A stretch of 32,000 bases of DNA, taken from contig NC_020409.1 of the NCBI RefSeq assembly GCF_000341895.1, positions 420,001-452,000 on the forward strand, given 5' to 3'. Shown here one piece after another: positions 8,032 through 15,386 of the stretch. Source of the DNA: Pseudodesulfovibrio piezophilus C1TLV30 (lineage in GTDB: Bacteria; Desulfobacterota; Desulfovibrionia; Desulfovibrionales; Desulfovibrionaceae). A program made the position numbers and the translations under genes. Within the stretch, counting starts at the first letter, position 1, and the number at the start of each line of letters is the position of its first letter. Under the pieces are notes generated by a model. That model saw only the letters and a list, made by a program, of their open reading frames with translations. It was not told where the DNA came from and did no database searches.

Positions 8032-8060
8032 TAACTATCTGTGTGGCGTATGATTGTCAA
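8032..8060 (-). promoter_or_regulatory. sigma-70 promoter for the tRNA-Pro transcription unit
   Basis: The minus strand reads TTGACA (8055-8060), 17 nt, TAGTTA (8032-8037). A GC-rich discriminator CTCCCCTCG follows, and an A/T-rich UP-like tract lies upstream (8061-8085). Confidence 0.55.
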
Positions 8061-8302
8061 TCCCTTTTTTAGAAAAAAAATTCAACAGCGTGTTTTTTCA
8101 AAGAAATATACATCATAGAGTTGAGTTGTGTTCTTATTTTCTTTTGACTAAAAATAAAAATATGGCTGATTATAATGGTGTTTTTTCTCATCTGCGTATA
8201 AATAAGTCTAGAACGCTCGGTGGTGTATGCTTTTTTTTAGGTAGGCAGTAACCAATGGGCGTACTCCAACTGAGAATTCGTAATTAATACGGGGAGAGTA
8301 CC

Positions 8303-8845
8303 ATGGCCGATGAAGCCCTGAAAGATATCAATCAATTTTTGACGTTTACCTTGGGAAAAGAGATCTTCGCCCTTGATATTGGGACTGTCAGGGAAGTTCT
8401 CGAATTGACATCTATCACTAAAATACCTCGCACTCCGGAATTCATGAGGGGAGTCATTAATCTCAGAGGCCATGCTGTCCCTGTGGTAGACATGCGGCTT
8501 AAATTAGGCATGTCCAAGGGTGAAGATACTGTTGATACATGTATTATCATTGTTGAAATTGAGTTTGATGGAGAGTTCACCGTTATGGGGGCTCTTGTGG
8601 ATTCTGTGAGAGAAGTTTTTGAAATGATGCCGGATACCATTGAGCCTGCTCCCAAGATGGGGGCGGCAATCAATGCAGAGTATATTAAGGGTATGGGGCG
8701 TCAGAATGAACAGTTTATCATCATAATTGATATCAATAAGATATTCTCAGCAGAAGAACTTGCCATTGCCAAAGAACTGGCTGGTATGGGAGGGGGCGCA
8801 GACCATCTTTCGCCACAAGAAGATTCAGTTGCTGCTTATGCATAA
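8303..8845 (+). CDS. cheW: chemotaxis coupling protein CheW (orphan, no other che genes nearby)
   Basis: A GGGGAG RBS is present. The product FLTFTLGKEIFALDIGTVREVLE...IPRTPEFMRGVINLRGHAVPVVDMRLKLG is a typical CheW domain. Confidence 0.9.
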   Translation: MADEALKDINQFLTFTLGKEIFALDIGTVREVLELTSITKIPRTPEFMRGVINLRGHAVPVVDMRLKLGMSKGEDTVDTCIIIVEIEFDGEFTVMGALVDSVREVFEMMPDTIEPAPKMGAAINAEYIKGMGRQNEQFIIIIDINKIFSAEELAIAKELAGMGGGADHLSPQEDSVAAYA

Positions 8846-8882
8846 AAAAACGGCCTTCATGTGCGTGAAGGCCGTTTTTTTT
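8844..8882. terminator. bidirectional intrinsic terminator between convergent cheW and smr
   Basis: AAAAAAA-CGGCCTTCA-TGTGCG-TGAAGGCCG-TTTTTTTT. It has an A-run on one side and a T-run on the other. Confidence 0.85.
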
Positions 8883-9609
8883 AGCTCATTTCTTCCCTGT
8901 TAAACGTTTTATCCCAAGCTATTTTCCCTTCAGTCTTTTTTTGTTTTCTCAGAAGAATGTAGATTGCCCCAGCCCCTCCATGTTTGGGTTGTGCTGTGCA
9001 AAAAGCCAAAACAACCTGTTTAAGGGGATCGTGTGTCAGCCAAGACTCCGTTTCTCGTCGAAGGACCGATTGTCCTCCTGGCGAGTTGATTCCTTTACCT
9101 GTCACTACCAAGACACATCTATTATCTTGCCGATGATTTTCTTGCATAAATGAAAGCAATTTTTCATGAGCTTGAACTGTCGTCATTCCATGCATGTCGA
9201 GGCTTGCAGAAATATCAAATGATCCAGCTTTGAGTTGCTGAAATGTTTTGATATCAAGACCCCGCACATATCCATACATAAAATCTTCCGTATATTCGAG
9301 CTCAAATTCAAAAGCCCCTCGAAGGAAGCTCTGTAAATCTCTTTTGACTTTTTCTTCAGGATCTAGGTCAACTGAAGAGCATGAAGAGTTTGTCTGGGGT
9401 GATATTTGTCTTCCCTGGGTTCCATCCATTTGTTTGACTCCCTGCATAGCCGAAAAGAACAAGGCTTCATCAGCATGATCATCCGGTTCAGGCGACTCTC
9501 TTGGGCGTTCTTTTTTTTCATAAGGGAGAGAGTAGGCATCTTTGTTCTCTTTCTTAAAATTGAGTGCTTTCAGGTCACCAAGGTTTTTGATTTTATTTTT
9601 TTTTCCCAT
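8881..9609 (-). CDS. Smr (small MutS-related) domain protein
   Basis: The C-terminal Smr domain reads LDMHGMTTVQAHEKLLSFMQENHRQDNRCVLVVTGKG...LRRETESWL. The start at 9609 (MGKKNKIK) was chosen because GGAG lies 8 nt upstream. The ATG at 9642 has no RBS. Confidence 0.8.
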   Translation of the reverse strand: MGKKNKIKNLGDLKALNFKKENKDAYSLPYEKKERPRESPEPDDHADEALFFSAMQGVKQMDGTQGRQISPQTNSSCSSVDLDPEEKVKRDLQSFLRGAFEFELEYTEDFMYGYVRGLDIKTFQQLKAGSFDISASLDMHGMTTVQAHEKLLSFMQENHRQDNRCVLVVTGKGINSPGGQSVLRRETESWLTHDPLKQVVLAFCTAQPKHGGAGAIYILLRKQKKTEGKIAWDKTFNREEMS

Positions 9610-9771
9610 ATATTTTCTCCATTCCGATGTTGCGTTTATCATTTGGGTACTTATCTAGAAAAAGCGGATTTGTACCTCGTGTTCCTGTCCTGGCCAATAC
9701 GATTGACTGGACTTCCATAACAGGCTTCAGTAGAAGACCTGTTCGCACATTGATTCAAAGTGAGGGAATAC

Positions 9772-10530
9772 ATGCTGACGATTGAAGACTTGCATGTCAA
9801 TATCGGTGATAAACAGGTTCTTGAAGGGATCAACCTGGAAATCAGGGAAGGTGAGACCTTTATACTGTTCGGTCCCAATGGCTCAGGCAAGACCTCTCTA
9901 CTTATGACCCTTATGGGGTTTAATGGGTATGAGATAACTCAGGGAAAAATCTTTTTCAAAGGCGAAGACATTACTGAAGCTCCTATGTATGAGCGAGCTA
10001 GGCTGGGTGTGGGCATGTCCTTTCAACGCCCGCCGACCATTCACGGTCTGAGAACTCGACATTTGGTCAAAATGTGTTCTCGCAAAGGTAATGTTGATCC
10101 TGACTTGCTCGCTGAGATAGTGAATATGACTGAATTCCTTGATCGCGATATCAATGCCGGTTTTTCTGGTGGAGAAATAAAGCGTTCGGAACTGTTACAG
10201 TTGATGGCACAACAGCCGGATCTTGTTCTTTTTGATGAGCCGGAATCCGGTGTCGATATGGAGAATATGCAACTCGTTGGTCGGGTAGCTCGCGATGTTT
10301 TAGATGGTAATTACAATGTTGCCCCGGATTTGAGCCTCAAGGAACGCAAAGCCCAAACCAAGACAGCCGGGTTGATCATCACACATACAGGCTATATTCT
10401 CGACTATGTTAACGCCGATCGTGGTCAAGTACTCTATAAAGGGCATTTGTGCTGCGAAGGAAGACCTCGCGATATTCTCGATCACATTCGTCAGCACGGC
10501 TATCAGGAATGCGTGCGTTGTATGAACTAG
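9772..10530 (+). CDS. sufC: Fe-S cluster assembly ABC ATPase SufC
   Basis: Walker A GPNGSGKTSL, signature FSGGEIKR, Walker B LVLFDEPESGVD. ATG 9772 follows GAGGGAA. The GTG at 9760 was rejected. Confidence 0.85.
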   Translation: MLTIEDLHVNIGDKQVLEGINLEIREGETFILFGPNGSGKTSLLMTLMGFNGYEITQGKIFFKGEDITEAPMYERARLGVGMSFQRPPTIHGLRTRHLVKMCSRKGNVDPDLLAEIVNMTEFLDRDINAGFSGGEIKRSELLQLMAQQPDLVLFDEPESGVDMENMQLVGRVARDVLDGNYNVAPDLSLKERKAQTKTAGLIITHTGYILDYVNADRGQVLYKGHLCCEGRPRDILDHIRQHGYQECVRCMN

Positions 10531-10552
10531 CATCGCATAAGGAGTCAGTACG

Positions 10553-11713
10553 ATGAGTAAAGTAGATCTTTCCGAATATAAATTTGATGGATTTGAGCAG
10601 CAGGCTTTATCTGATTTAACAGCATTGTCTGCTGAAGATCAGGATCAACTTCTCATGGCAGGGGTTGTCTCTGACCTGGATATGCGTTCCGCATCGTATC
10701 TTCAAATGGATCAGTCCGCAGTTCACTGTCAATCCAAAGACGATAACGTCGAAATTATGGATATCAAGGACGCCCTGAAGAAATATGATGGCCTGAAAGA
10801 GTATTTCTGGAAGTTGGTTGATCGGGATAAGGATGAGTTCACTCAATCTGCCGATGACAATTTGCATGGTGGGTATTTTATTCGCGTCAAGGCTGGTGCG
10901 AAAATCAAAGACCCCATTCAATCATGCCTTATGCTCAAATCTGAGCAGGTTGGGCAAAATGTTCATAACATTGTCATCATAGAAGAAGGTGCAGAGGCTC
11001 ATATCATAACAGGATGTTCCGTTGCACATGGGACCAAGGCTGGTGCTCATCTTGGTATTTCTGAATTCTTTGTCAAAAAAAATGCTTCCTTGACTTTTAC
11101 CATGGTTCATAATTGGGGTGAAAGCGTAGCCGTGCGTCCGCGCTCTGCCGGAGTGGTAGAAGAGGGCGGTAAATTCCTTTCTAATTATGTGCTGCTAAAA
11201 CCAGTCAAAGACTTGCAAATGTACCCAGCTATCACATTGAATGGTCCTCACTCTGTGGCGCGTTTCAATTCTGTTGTTGTCGCATCAGAGGGGTCTCATT
11301 TGGATATGGGGAATCGCGTTATTATGAACGCGCCACATACTCGGTGTGAGATTATTGCCAGAACTATTGCAAGTGGTGGGACCATTATCAATAGAGGGCA
11401 TATCGCCGCCAGTCATGTGCCAAGTAAAGGACACTTGGAATGCCAGGGGCTTATTTTGGGAGATGGCCGTATCTGGGCGATTCCAGAACTTGATGGAACT
11501 GCCGAAGGTGTCGAGCTTTCTCATGAGGCGTCTGTTGGCAAGATTGCGCAAGAGGAAATTGAATATCTCATGGCTCGTGGGATGGATGAAGATGAAGCAA
11601 CGTCTACCATTGTGAGAGGTTTTTTGAATACCGACATTATGGGGCTGCCAGACAAGCTGCAAAAGGCGATCGATAAGCAAATTGAAGAATTGCAGTCTTC
11701 AGATTCTATGTAA
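10553..11713 (+). CDS. SufB/SufD family Fe-S cluster assembly scaffold protein
   Basis: It begins 22 nt after sufC, with an AAGGAG RBS. The C-terminal region (GHLECQGLILG...AIPELD...VELSHEASVGKI.EE.IEYLMARGM.E.EA...IV.GF) is typical of SufB/SufD. Confidence 0.8.
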   Translation: MSKVDLSEYKFDGFEQQALSDLTALSAEDQDQLLMAGVVSDLDMRSASYLQMDQSAVHCQSKDDNVEIMDIKDALKKYDGLKEYFWKLVDRDKDEFTQSADDNLHGGYFIRVKAGAKIKDPIQSCLMLKSEQVGQNVHNIVIIEEGAEAHIITGCSVAHGTKAGAHLGISEFFVKKNASLTFTMVHNWGESVAVRPRSAGVVEEGGKFLSNYVLLKPVKDLQMYPAITLNGPHSVARFNSVVVASEGSHLDMGNRVIMNAPHTRCEIIARTIASGGTIINRGHIAASHVPSKGHLECQGLILGDGRIWAIPELDGTAEGVELSHEASVGKIAQEEIEYLMARGMDEDEATSTIVRGFLNTDIMGLPDKLQKAIDKQIEELQSSDSM

Positions 11714-11734
11714 TTCTTGTTTGATAAATTTGAA

Positions 11735-11767
11735 AAGGCGAGATTGTTATAATCTCGCCTTTTTTTG
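11735..11767 (+). terminator. intrinsic terminator of the suf pair
   Basis: AAGGCGAGATT-GTTAT-AATCTCGCCTT followed by TTTTTT. Confidence 0.85.
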
Positions 11768-11828
11768 TTCTTGAGATACGCTCGTATAATACAACTTGAA
11801 GAAAGCTTTGACTCATATTATGTAATTA

Positions 11829-11860
11829 TGACCGTGAAAATATGCCATATATGCTGGTCA
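11829..11860. promoter_or_regulatory. inverted repeat, candidate TetR operator
   Basis: TGACCGTG...N16...GCTGGTCA with a central CATATATG palindrome, 43 nt upstream of the tetR-family ATG. Confidence 0.3.
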
Positions 11861-11902
11861 AAAAAGTTTTTTTAGCTCGTTGAGAGTCAGAAAGGATAGT
11901 GG

Positions 11903-12490
11903 ATGTCAAAGAAAGAACTGATACTGAATGCAGCCCAGGAGCTTTTTGCACGATGTGGTTACGCGGGTACAACCATGAAAATGATTGCAGTGGAAGCTGG
12001 GGTGGCGTCAGGGTTGGTTTTTCATTATTTTGATAACAAGGAAAACCTCTTTATGGAGGCTGGAAGTGACCTTATTGACGTAATGATCGAAGATCTCAGG
12101 GGGAAGATTGCTCAAAGTGCCTCAGGCTGTGAGGCCTTAGGGACTTTTGTGAGAGCATATCTCGACTTTACTGTGACACACGCAAAAACTTTTCCAACCA
12201 TGATTCGTTGTTCGCCCTTTAGTGATGATAACCCTGAGCTTGATAGGGGGAGGATTGGCAAAAAGTTTATGGAGCTTATCAATCTTATTGAGGATATTTT
12301 AACACAAGGAATTGATGATCAATCCATTTGTCCACTACCTGTCACCCAAACAGCATTTATGGTGTATGCCAATATTGTTGGTGCTGTTCGTACCCGTTTT
12401 TTAGCTCCCTATGAAGTGGATAATCTTTATGAAGAAGCATGTCAGTTCGTTTTGAGAAGTGTCGGCAAAATGAGAGACGGCCAATGTTAG
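11903..12490 (+). CDS. TetR/AcrR family transcriptional regulator
   Basis: The N-terminal HTH reads ILNAAQELFARCGYAGTTMKMIAVEAGVASGLVFHYFDNKENLF. Confidence 0.88.
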   Translation: MSKKELILNAAQELFARCGYAGTTMKMIAVEAGVASGLVFHYFDNKENLFMEAGSDLIDVMIEDLRGKIAQSASGCEALGTFVRAYLDFTVTHAKTFPTMIRCSPFSDDNPELDRGRIGKKFMELINLIEDILTQGIDDQSICPLPVTQTAFMVYANIVGAVRTRFLAPYEVDNLYEEACQFVLRSVGKMRDGQC

Positions 12491-12523
12491 TATTCTCTAC
12501 GCGCCCTTTAGGCTCATAATCGG

Positions 12524-12979
12524 ATGCCCGGTTATAAAGGACATCTGGCGGGGGGACTGTTTTTTGCTGTGATGGGGCTTGTGGGCGTGACACTTCTTGG
12601 CTGGCTACTACTTACGCCGTTACTGGCTTTGGGTTTAATTGGCTTTTGTCTGCTTGGAGCGCTTTTCCCGGATGTAGACACTGATTCGAAAGGTCAACGC
12701 CTTTATTATTTGATTTTTGCAATTGTTGATCTGGGGTTCATACTACAACAGCATTATTTATGGGCTTCTTGGCTCGGCCTTTTTGCAATGCTGCCACCTA
12801 TGGGGTCACATAGGGGATGGACACATACATGGTGGGCTATGGTGGTTGTTCCATTGCCTATCATTGTTGTACCAGCTGTTATTTTGGGAGGGGAAGGGCT
12901 CAAGCTTTTCGTTCTTTTTTATGTCGCTTTTGTTGTCGGCTATTTTTCACATCTGCTTCTTGATTGTGAGTTTTGCTAA
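12524..12979 (+). CDS. membrane-bound metal-dependent hydrolase, YdjM/DUF457 type
   Basis: Polytopic membrane protein with His motifs GYKGHLAGG, GSHRGWTHTWW and FSHLLLD. It begins 33 nt after the TetR gene. Confidence 0.7.
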   Translation: MPGYKGHLAGGLFFAVMGLVGVTLLGWLLLTPLLALGLIGFCLLGALFPDVDTDSKGQRLYYLIFAIVDLGFILQQHYLWASWLGLFAMLPPMGSHRGWTHTWWAMVVVPLPIIVVPAVILGGEGLKLFVLFYVAFVVGYFSHLLLDCEFC

Positions 12980-13068
12980 TACTCTTTCTAGATTAGACGG
13001 AACAAAAAGAAGTGGGTTCACTTTATCGGACCACTGAGCGGCGAATTTAAGGTGGACAGTTTTACGTG

Positions 13069-13818
13069 TTACGCCGCCTTGTGGGTCCATCCCAGAGGGG
13101 GTACCCCCTCTGGGATGGGACCGCTTTGATATATCTCCATCGGCTTGCGTCCGTCAAAGGTCTTATGAGGACGCCGATTATTGTAGAAGTTAAACCACCA
13201 GGCCAAGGCACTCCGCAGCTCACTTCCTGTCTCCAGTTCCCGCAAGTAGACACATTCGTATTTCAAAGACTTCCAGAGTCGTTCGATCATGACGTTATCC
13301 ATCCAGCGTCCTCGGCCATCCATTGAAATGCGGATGCCAGCATCCCGCAGAGTCTTTGTGAATTCATAGCTGGTGAACTGGCTCCCCTGGTCTGTGTTGA
13401 ATATCTCAGGTTCTCCATAACGGTTGATCGCATCCTCCAAAGCTACGACACAAAAGTCGGCCTCCATCGTATTCGACAAACGCCACGACAATACTGCCCG
13501 GCTATGCCAATCCATGATTGCCACGAGATACAAGAAGCCTCGTTTCATCGGAATGTAAGTAATGTCGGTACACCAAACTTGATTTGGCTTTGTGATCTTC
13601 ATGTTCCGCAACAAATACGGATATATTTTGTGCTGTGGATGAGGATCACTCGTCCTCGGTTTTTGGTAAATCGCCATCAAGCCCATCTTGCGCATAAGTC
13701 GTCTCACACGACCACGGCCAACCAGATGCCCTTCATCCCGCAGAATGTTGCGCATCTGGCGTGAGCCGAAAAATGGTAGCTCCATGAACAACTCGTCGAT
13801 GCGTTTCATCAACTCCAA
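13069..13818 (-). CDS. IS3-family transposase OrfB (DDE/integrase core); the frame is open further upstream and is probably made as an OrfAB fusion
   Basis: The DDE triad context is intact: [35 protein letters not shown]. Confidence 0.88.
   Translation of the reverse strand: MELMKRIDELFMELPFFGSRQMRNILRDEGHLVGRGRVRRLMRKMGLMAIYQKPRTSDPHPQHKIYPYLLRNMKITKPNQVWCTDITYIPMKRGFLYLVAIMDWHSRAVLSWRLSNTMEADFCVVALEDAINRYGEPEIFNTDQGSQFTSYEFTKTLRDAGIRISMDGRGRWMDNVMIERLWKSLKYECVYLRELETGSELRSALAWWFNFYNNRRPHKTFDGRKPMEIYQSGPIPEGVPPLGWTHKAA
13087..13118. repeat. perfect 15-bp-arm palindrome inside the 3' end of orfB
   Basis: CCATCCCAGAGGGGG-TA-CCCCCTCTGGGATGG, centred on GGTACC. Confidence 0.9.
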
Positions 13819-13946
13819 GTTATACGATGATTCGCCAATCGGCTGATAATAGTATGTTGAGCGTTGCAGTTTGAGGATTCTGCATTGTCGCCGGACGCTG
13901 AGTTGTGGATGCTCTTTGTCGACGACTTCACGCCTTCGCTCGCAGC

Positions 13947-14234
13947 TCAGATTTTGGCGAAGGCTTGTTGCAAAAAATCCTTCTCGATCAGAAGTTGGCC
14001 GATCTTAGCGTGCAGATCCTTGATATGTGCATCGTCCATTTGCTGGCTCTTCTCTGCCTTGCCAGAAAATGACGCGACAATACCTTCTTTGGCTTGTCGT
14101 TTCCACGTGGATATCTGGTTGGTGTGAACTCCATACTTGCTGGCCAGCTCGGAAAGTGTGTGCTCGCCAGACAAAGCGTCGAGGGCTACACGGGCTTTGA
14201 ATTCAGCAGTAAATCTTCTTCTCTTCTTGGACAT
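13947..14234 (-). CDS. IS3-family transposase OrfA (HTH)
   Basis: MSKKRRRFTAEFKARVALDALSGEHTLSELASKYGVHTNQISTWKRQ. ATG 14234 follows GGAGG with 7-nt spacing. Confidence 0.88.
   Translation of the reverse strand: MSKKRRRFTAEFKARVALDALSGEHTLSELASKYGVHTNQISTWKRQAKEGIVASFSGKAEKSQQMDDAHIKDLHAKIGQLLIEKDFLQQAFAKI
13971..13977 (-). promoter_or_regulatory. candidate -1 programmed frameshift heptamer T-TTT-TTG joining OrfA to OrfB
   Basis: OrfA reads GAT TTT TTG here. Slipping -1 continues as FFATSLRQNLSCERRREVVDKEHPQLSVRRQCRILKLQRSTYYYQP..., running into the OrfB frame with no stop. Confidence 0.6.
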
Positions 14235-14315
14235 CGAAAAGCCTCCTTCGGCTATCATATGTCCACCTTATACTGTGGTCCAGTTTCTTAGACCCACTTC
14301 TAAAAATAGGCGATT

Positions 14316-15374
14316 TTAAGAGACGAGTTTCTGATAAAGGTGCATATATCTCTCAGCCATTGTAATGTCAGTGAAGCCATTTATTGTAATTGAACCGTTT
14401 TCGATCAATTTATCAGAAAGTTGTTTGTCCTCTATAAGCCGTACGATTGCCAAAGCTAAATCCTTGGCGTCACGGTTTTGGAAGATCAAGCCATCCTGCT
14501 CATGCGTAACAAGTTCAAGGTTCGACTGGAGATCAGAAGTAATCACGGGAGTGCCGGAGGCCCAGCCTTCCTTGATCACGGCGTTAGATCCTTCTCCATC
14601 AATTGAAGGGACGGCAAGAATATCAATTTCAGGTAAAACTTCCTTGCTGTCTTTATAGCCTAGAAAAATGATTGATCCCGTGAGTTCTAATTCATCTGCC
14701 CTGATTTTCAATTGCTGTAAAAGAGGCCCATCCCCGGCGATAAGACATTGCCAATCTGGAAGAGTCTTCTTTTTTTTCAGTTCAGCCAAGGCTTCAATAA
14801 GAACTTCGAATCCCTTTTGCGTACTGAGGGCTCCAACTGCGCCGATAGTTAAGAGGCGGTGCTCATGCTTTTCTTTGGAGTACAGTGTAGCATCAATGCC
14901 ACTGTGGATTGTCGTTGTTTTTTCTCTTGGGATTTCACAGCGTATAAGTATTTGTTGAATCTCTTTACTGACTGCGACGAGCGCATCTCCGTATAGGTAT
15001 TTTTTCCGACTCCATCCAGTCTTCAAAGGGTATGAAACTCTTCTGCTATGGATAAGTTTAAAATTGCCAAGGTACATTTTGGCAAGAGCAGCGAGAGATG
15101 CTCCTTTCGCATCATTGGTATGCACTATATCCGGTTTTTCAGAAGAAACGATATGAATAAACCGGTATATATTGAAAAGATTCCAGTCACACCCTGAGGG
15201 CAGCGTGAAGCAACGGATTCCAACTTCTTTAAGGATTGCTTCAAGTGGCGCCCCTTGAGGAGTGACCACTATTGGTTCCACTCCCGCAGTTTGTTTGAGG
15301 TATCGAGCCAAATAAAAGACTTGTCGCTGCCCACCACGAATTATTTTTCCTAAATCAAGAAGAAGGACTTTCAA
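14316..15374 (-). CDS. GT4-family (GT-B fold) glycosyltransferase, TTG start
   Basis: The N-terminus MKVLLLDLGKIIRGGQRQVFYLARYL and the C-terminal EGSNAVIKEGWASGTPVITSD...E motif region are typical of the family. AGGA lies 7 nt upstream of TTG 15374. The gene begins 12 nt after the upstream gene's stop. Confidence 0.8.
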   Translation of the reverse strand: MKVLLLDLGKIIRGGQRQVFYLARYLKQTAGVEPIVVTPQGAPLEAILKEVGIRCFTLPSGCDWNLFNIYRFIHIVSSEKPDIVHTNDAKGASLAALAKMYLGNFKLIHSRRVSYPLKTGWSRKKYLYGDALVAVSKEIQQILIRCEIPREKTTTIHSGIDATLYSKEKHEHRLLTIGAVGALSTQKGFEVLIEALAELKKKKTLPDWQCLIAGDGPLLQQLKIRADELELTGSIIFLGYKDSKEVLPEIDILAVPSIDGEGSNAVIKEGWASGTPVITSDLQSNLELVTHEQDGLIFQNRDAKDLALAIVRLIEDKQLSDKLIENGSITINGFTDITMAERYMHLYQKLVS

Positions 15375-15386
15375 AGAGATATCCTG

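Larger units (their letters stand above)
13008..14301 (-). mobile_element. intact IS3-family insertion sequence (about 1294 bp)
   Basis: The terminal inverted repeats share AGAAGTGGGT at both tips, then GGACCAC at identical offset (nt 21-27), then a TAAGGTGGACA block. Both flanks are A-runs, giving a possible 3-4 bp AAA(A) target duplication. It has orfA plus orfB in the -1 frame. GC is visibly higher than in the neighbouring DNA. Confidence 0.88.

Noticed and set aside
8144-8176. Possible sigma-28 promoter (CTAAA...GCTGATTA) upstream of cheW
   Set aside because: The spacing between TAAA and the -10-like element is 12 nt rather than about 15, and the -10 matches only 6/8. A TATAAT at 8171-8176 could be a sigma-70 -10, but it has no acceptable -35 (TTGACT is 21 nt away).
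8054-8251. 65-aa ORF in the tRNA-cheW intergenic region
   Set aside because: It has a non-ATG start, no RBS and an A/T-rich promoter-like sequence. It overlaps the tRNA-Pro promoter region.
12717-13037. 106-aa plus-strand ORF running from the DUF457 gene into the IS end
   Set aside because: It is an alternative frame of the DUF457 gene with no RBS. It reads across the IS inverted repeat.
13062-13326. Pair of mirror ORFs (63 aa minus, 86 aa plus) both encoding [11 protein letters not shown]
   Set aside because: This is an artefact of the 15-bp-arm palindrome within orfB. The real coding frame is the transposase.
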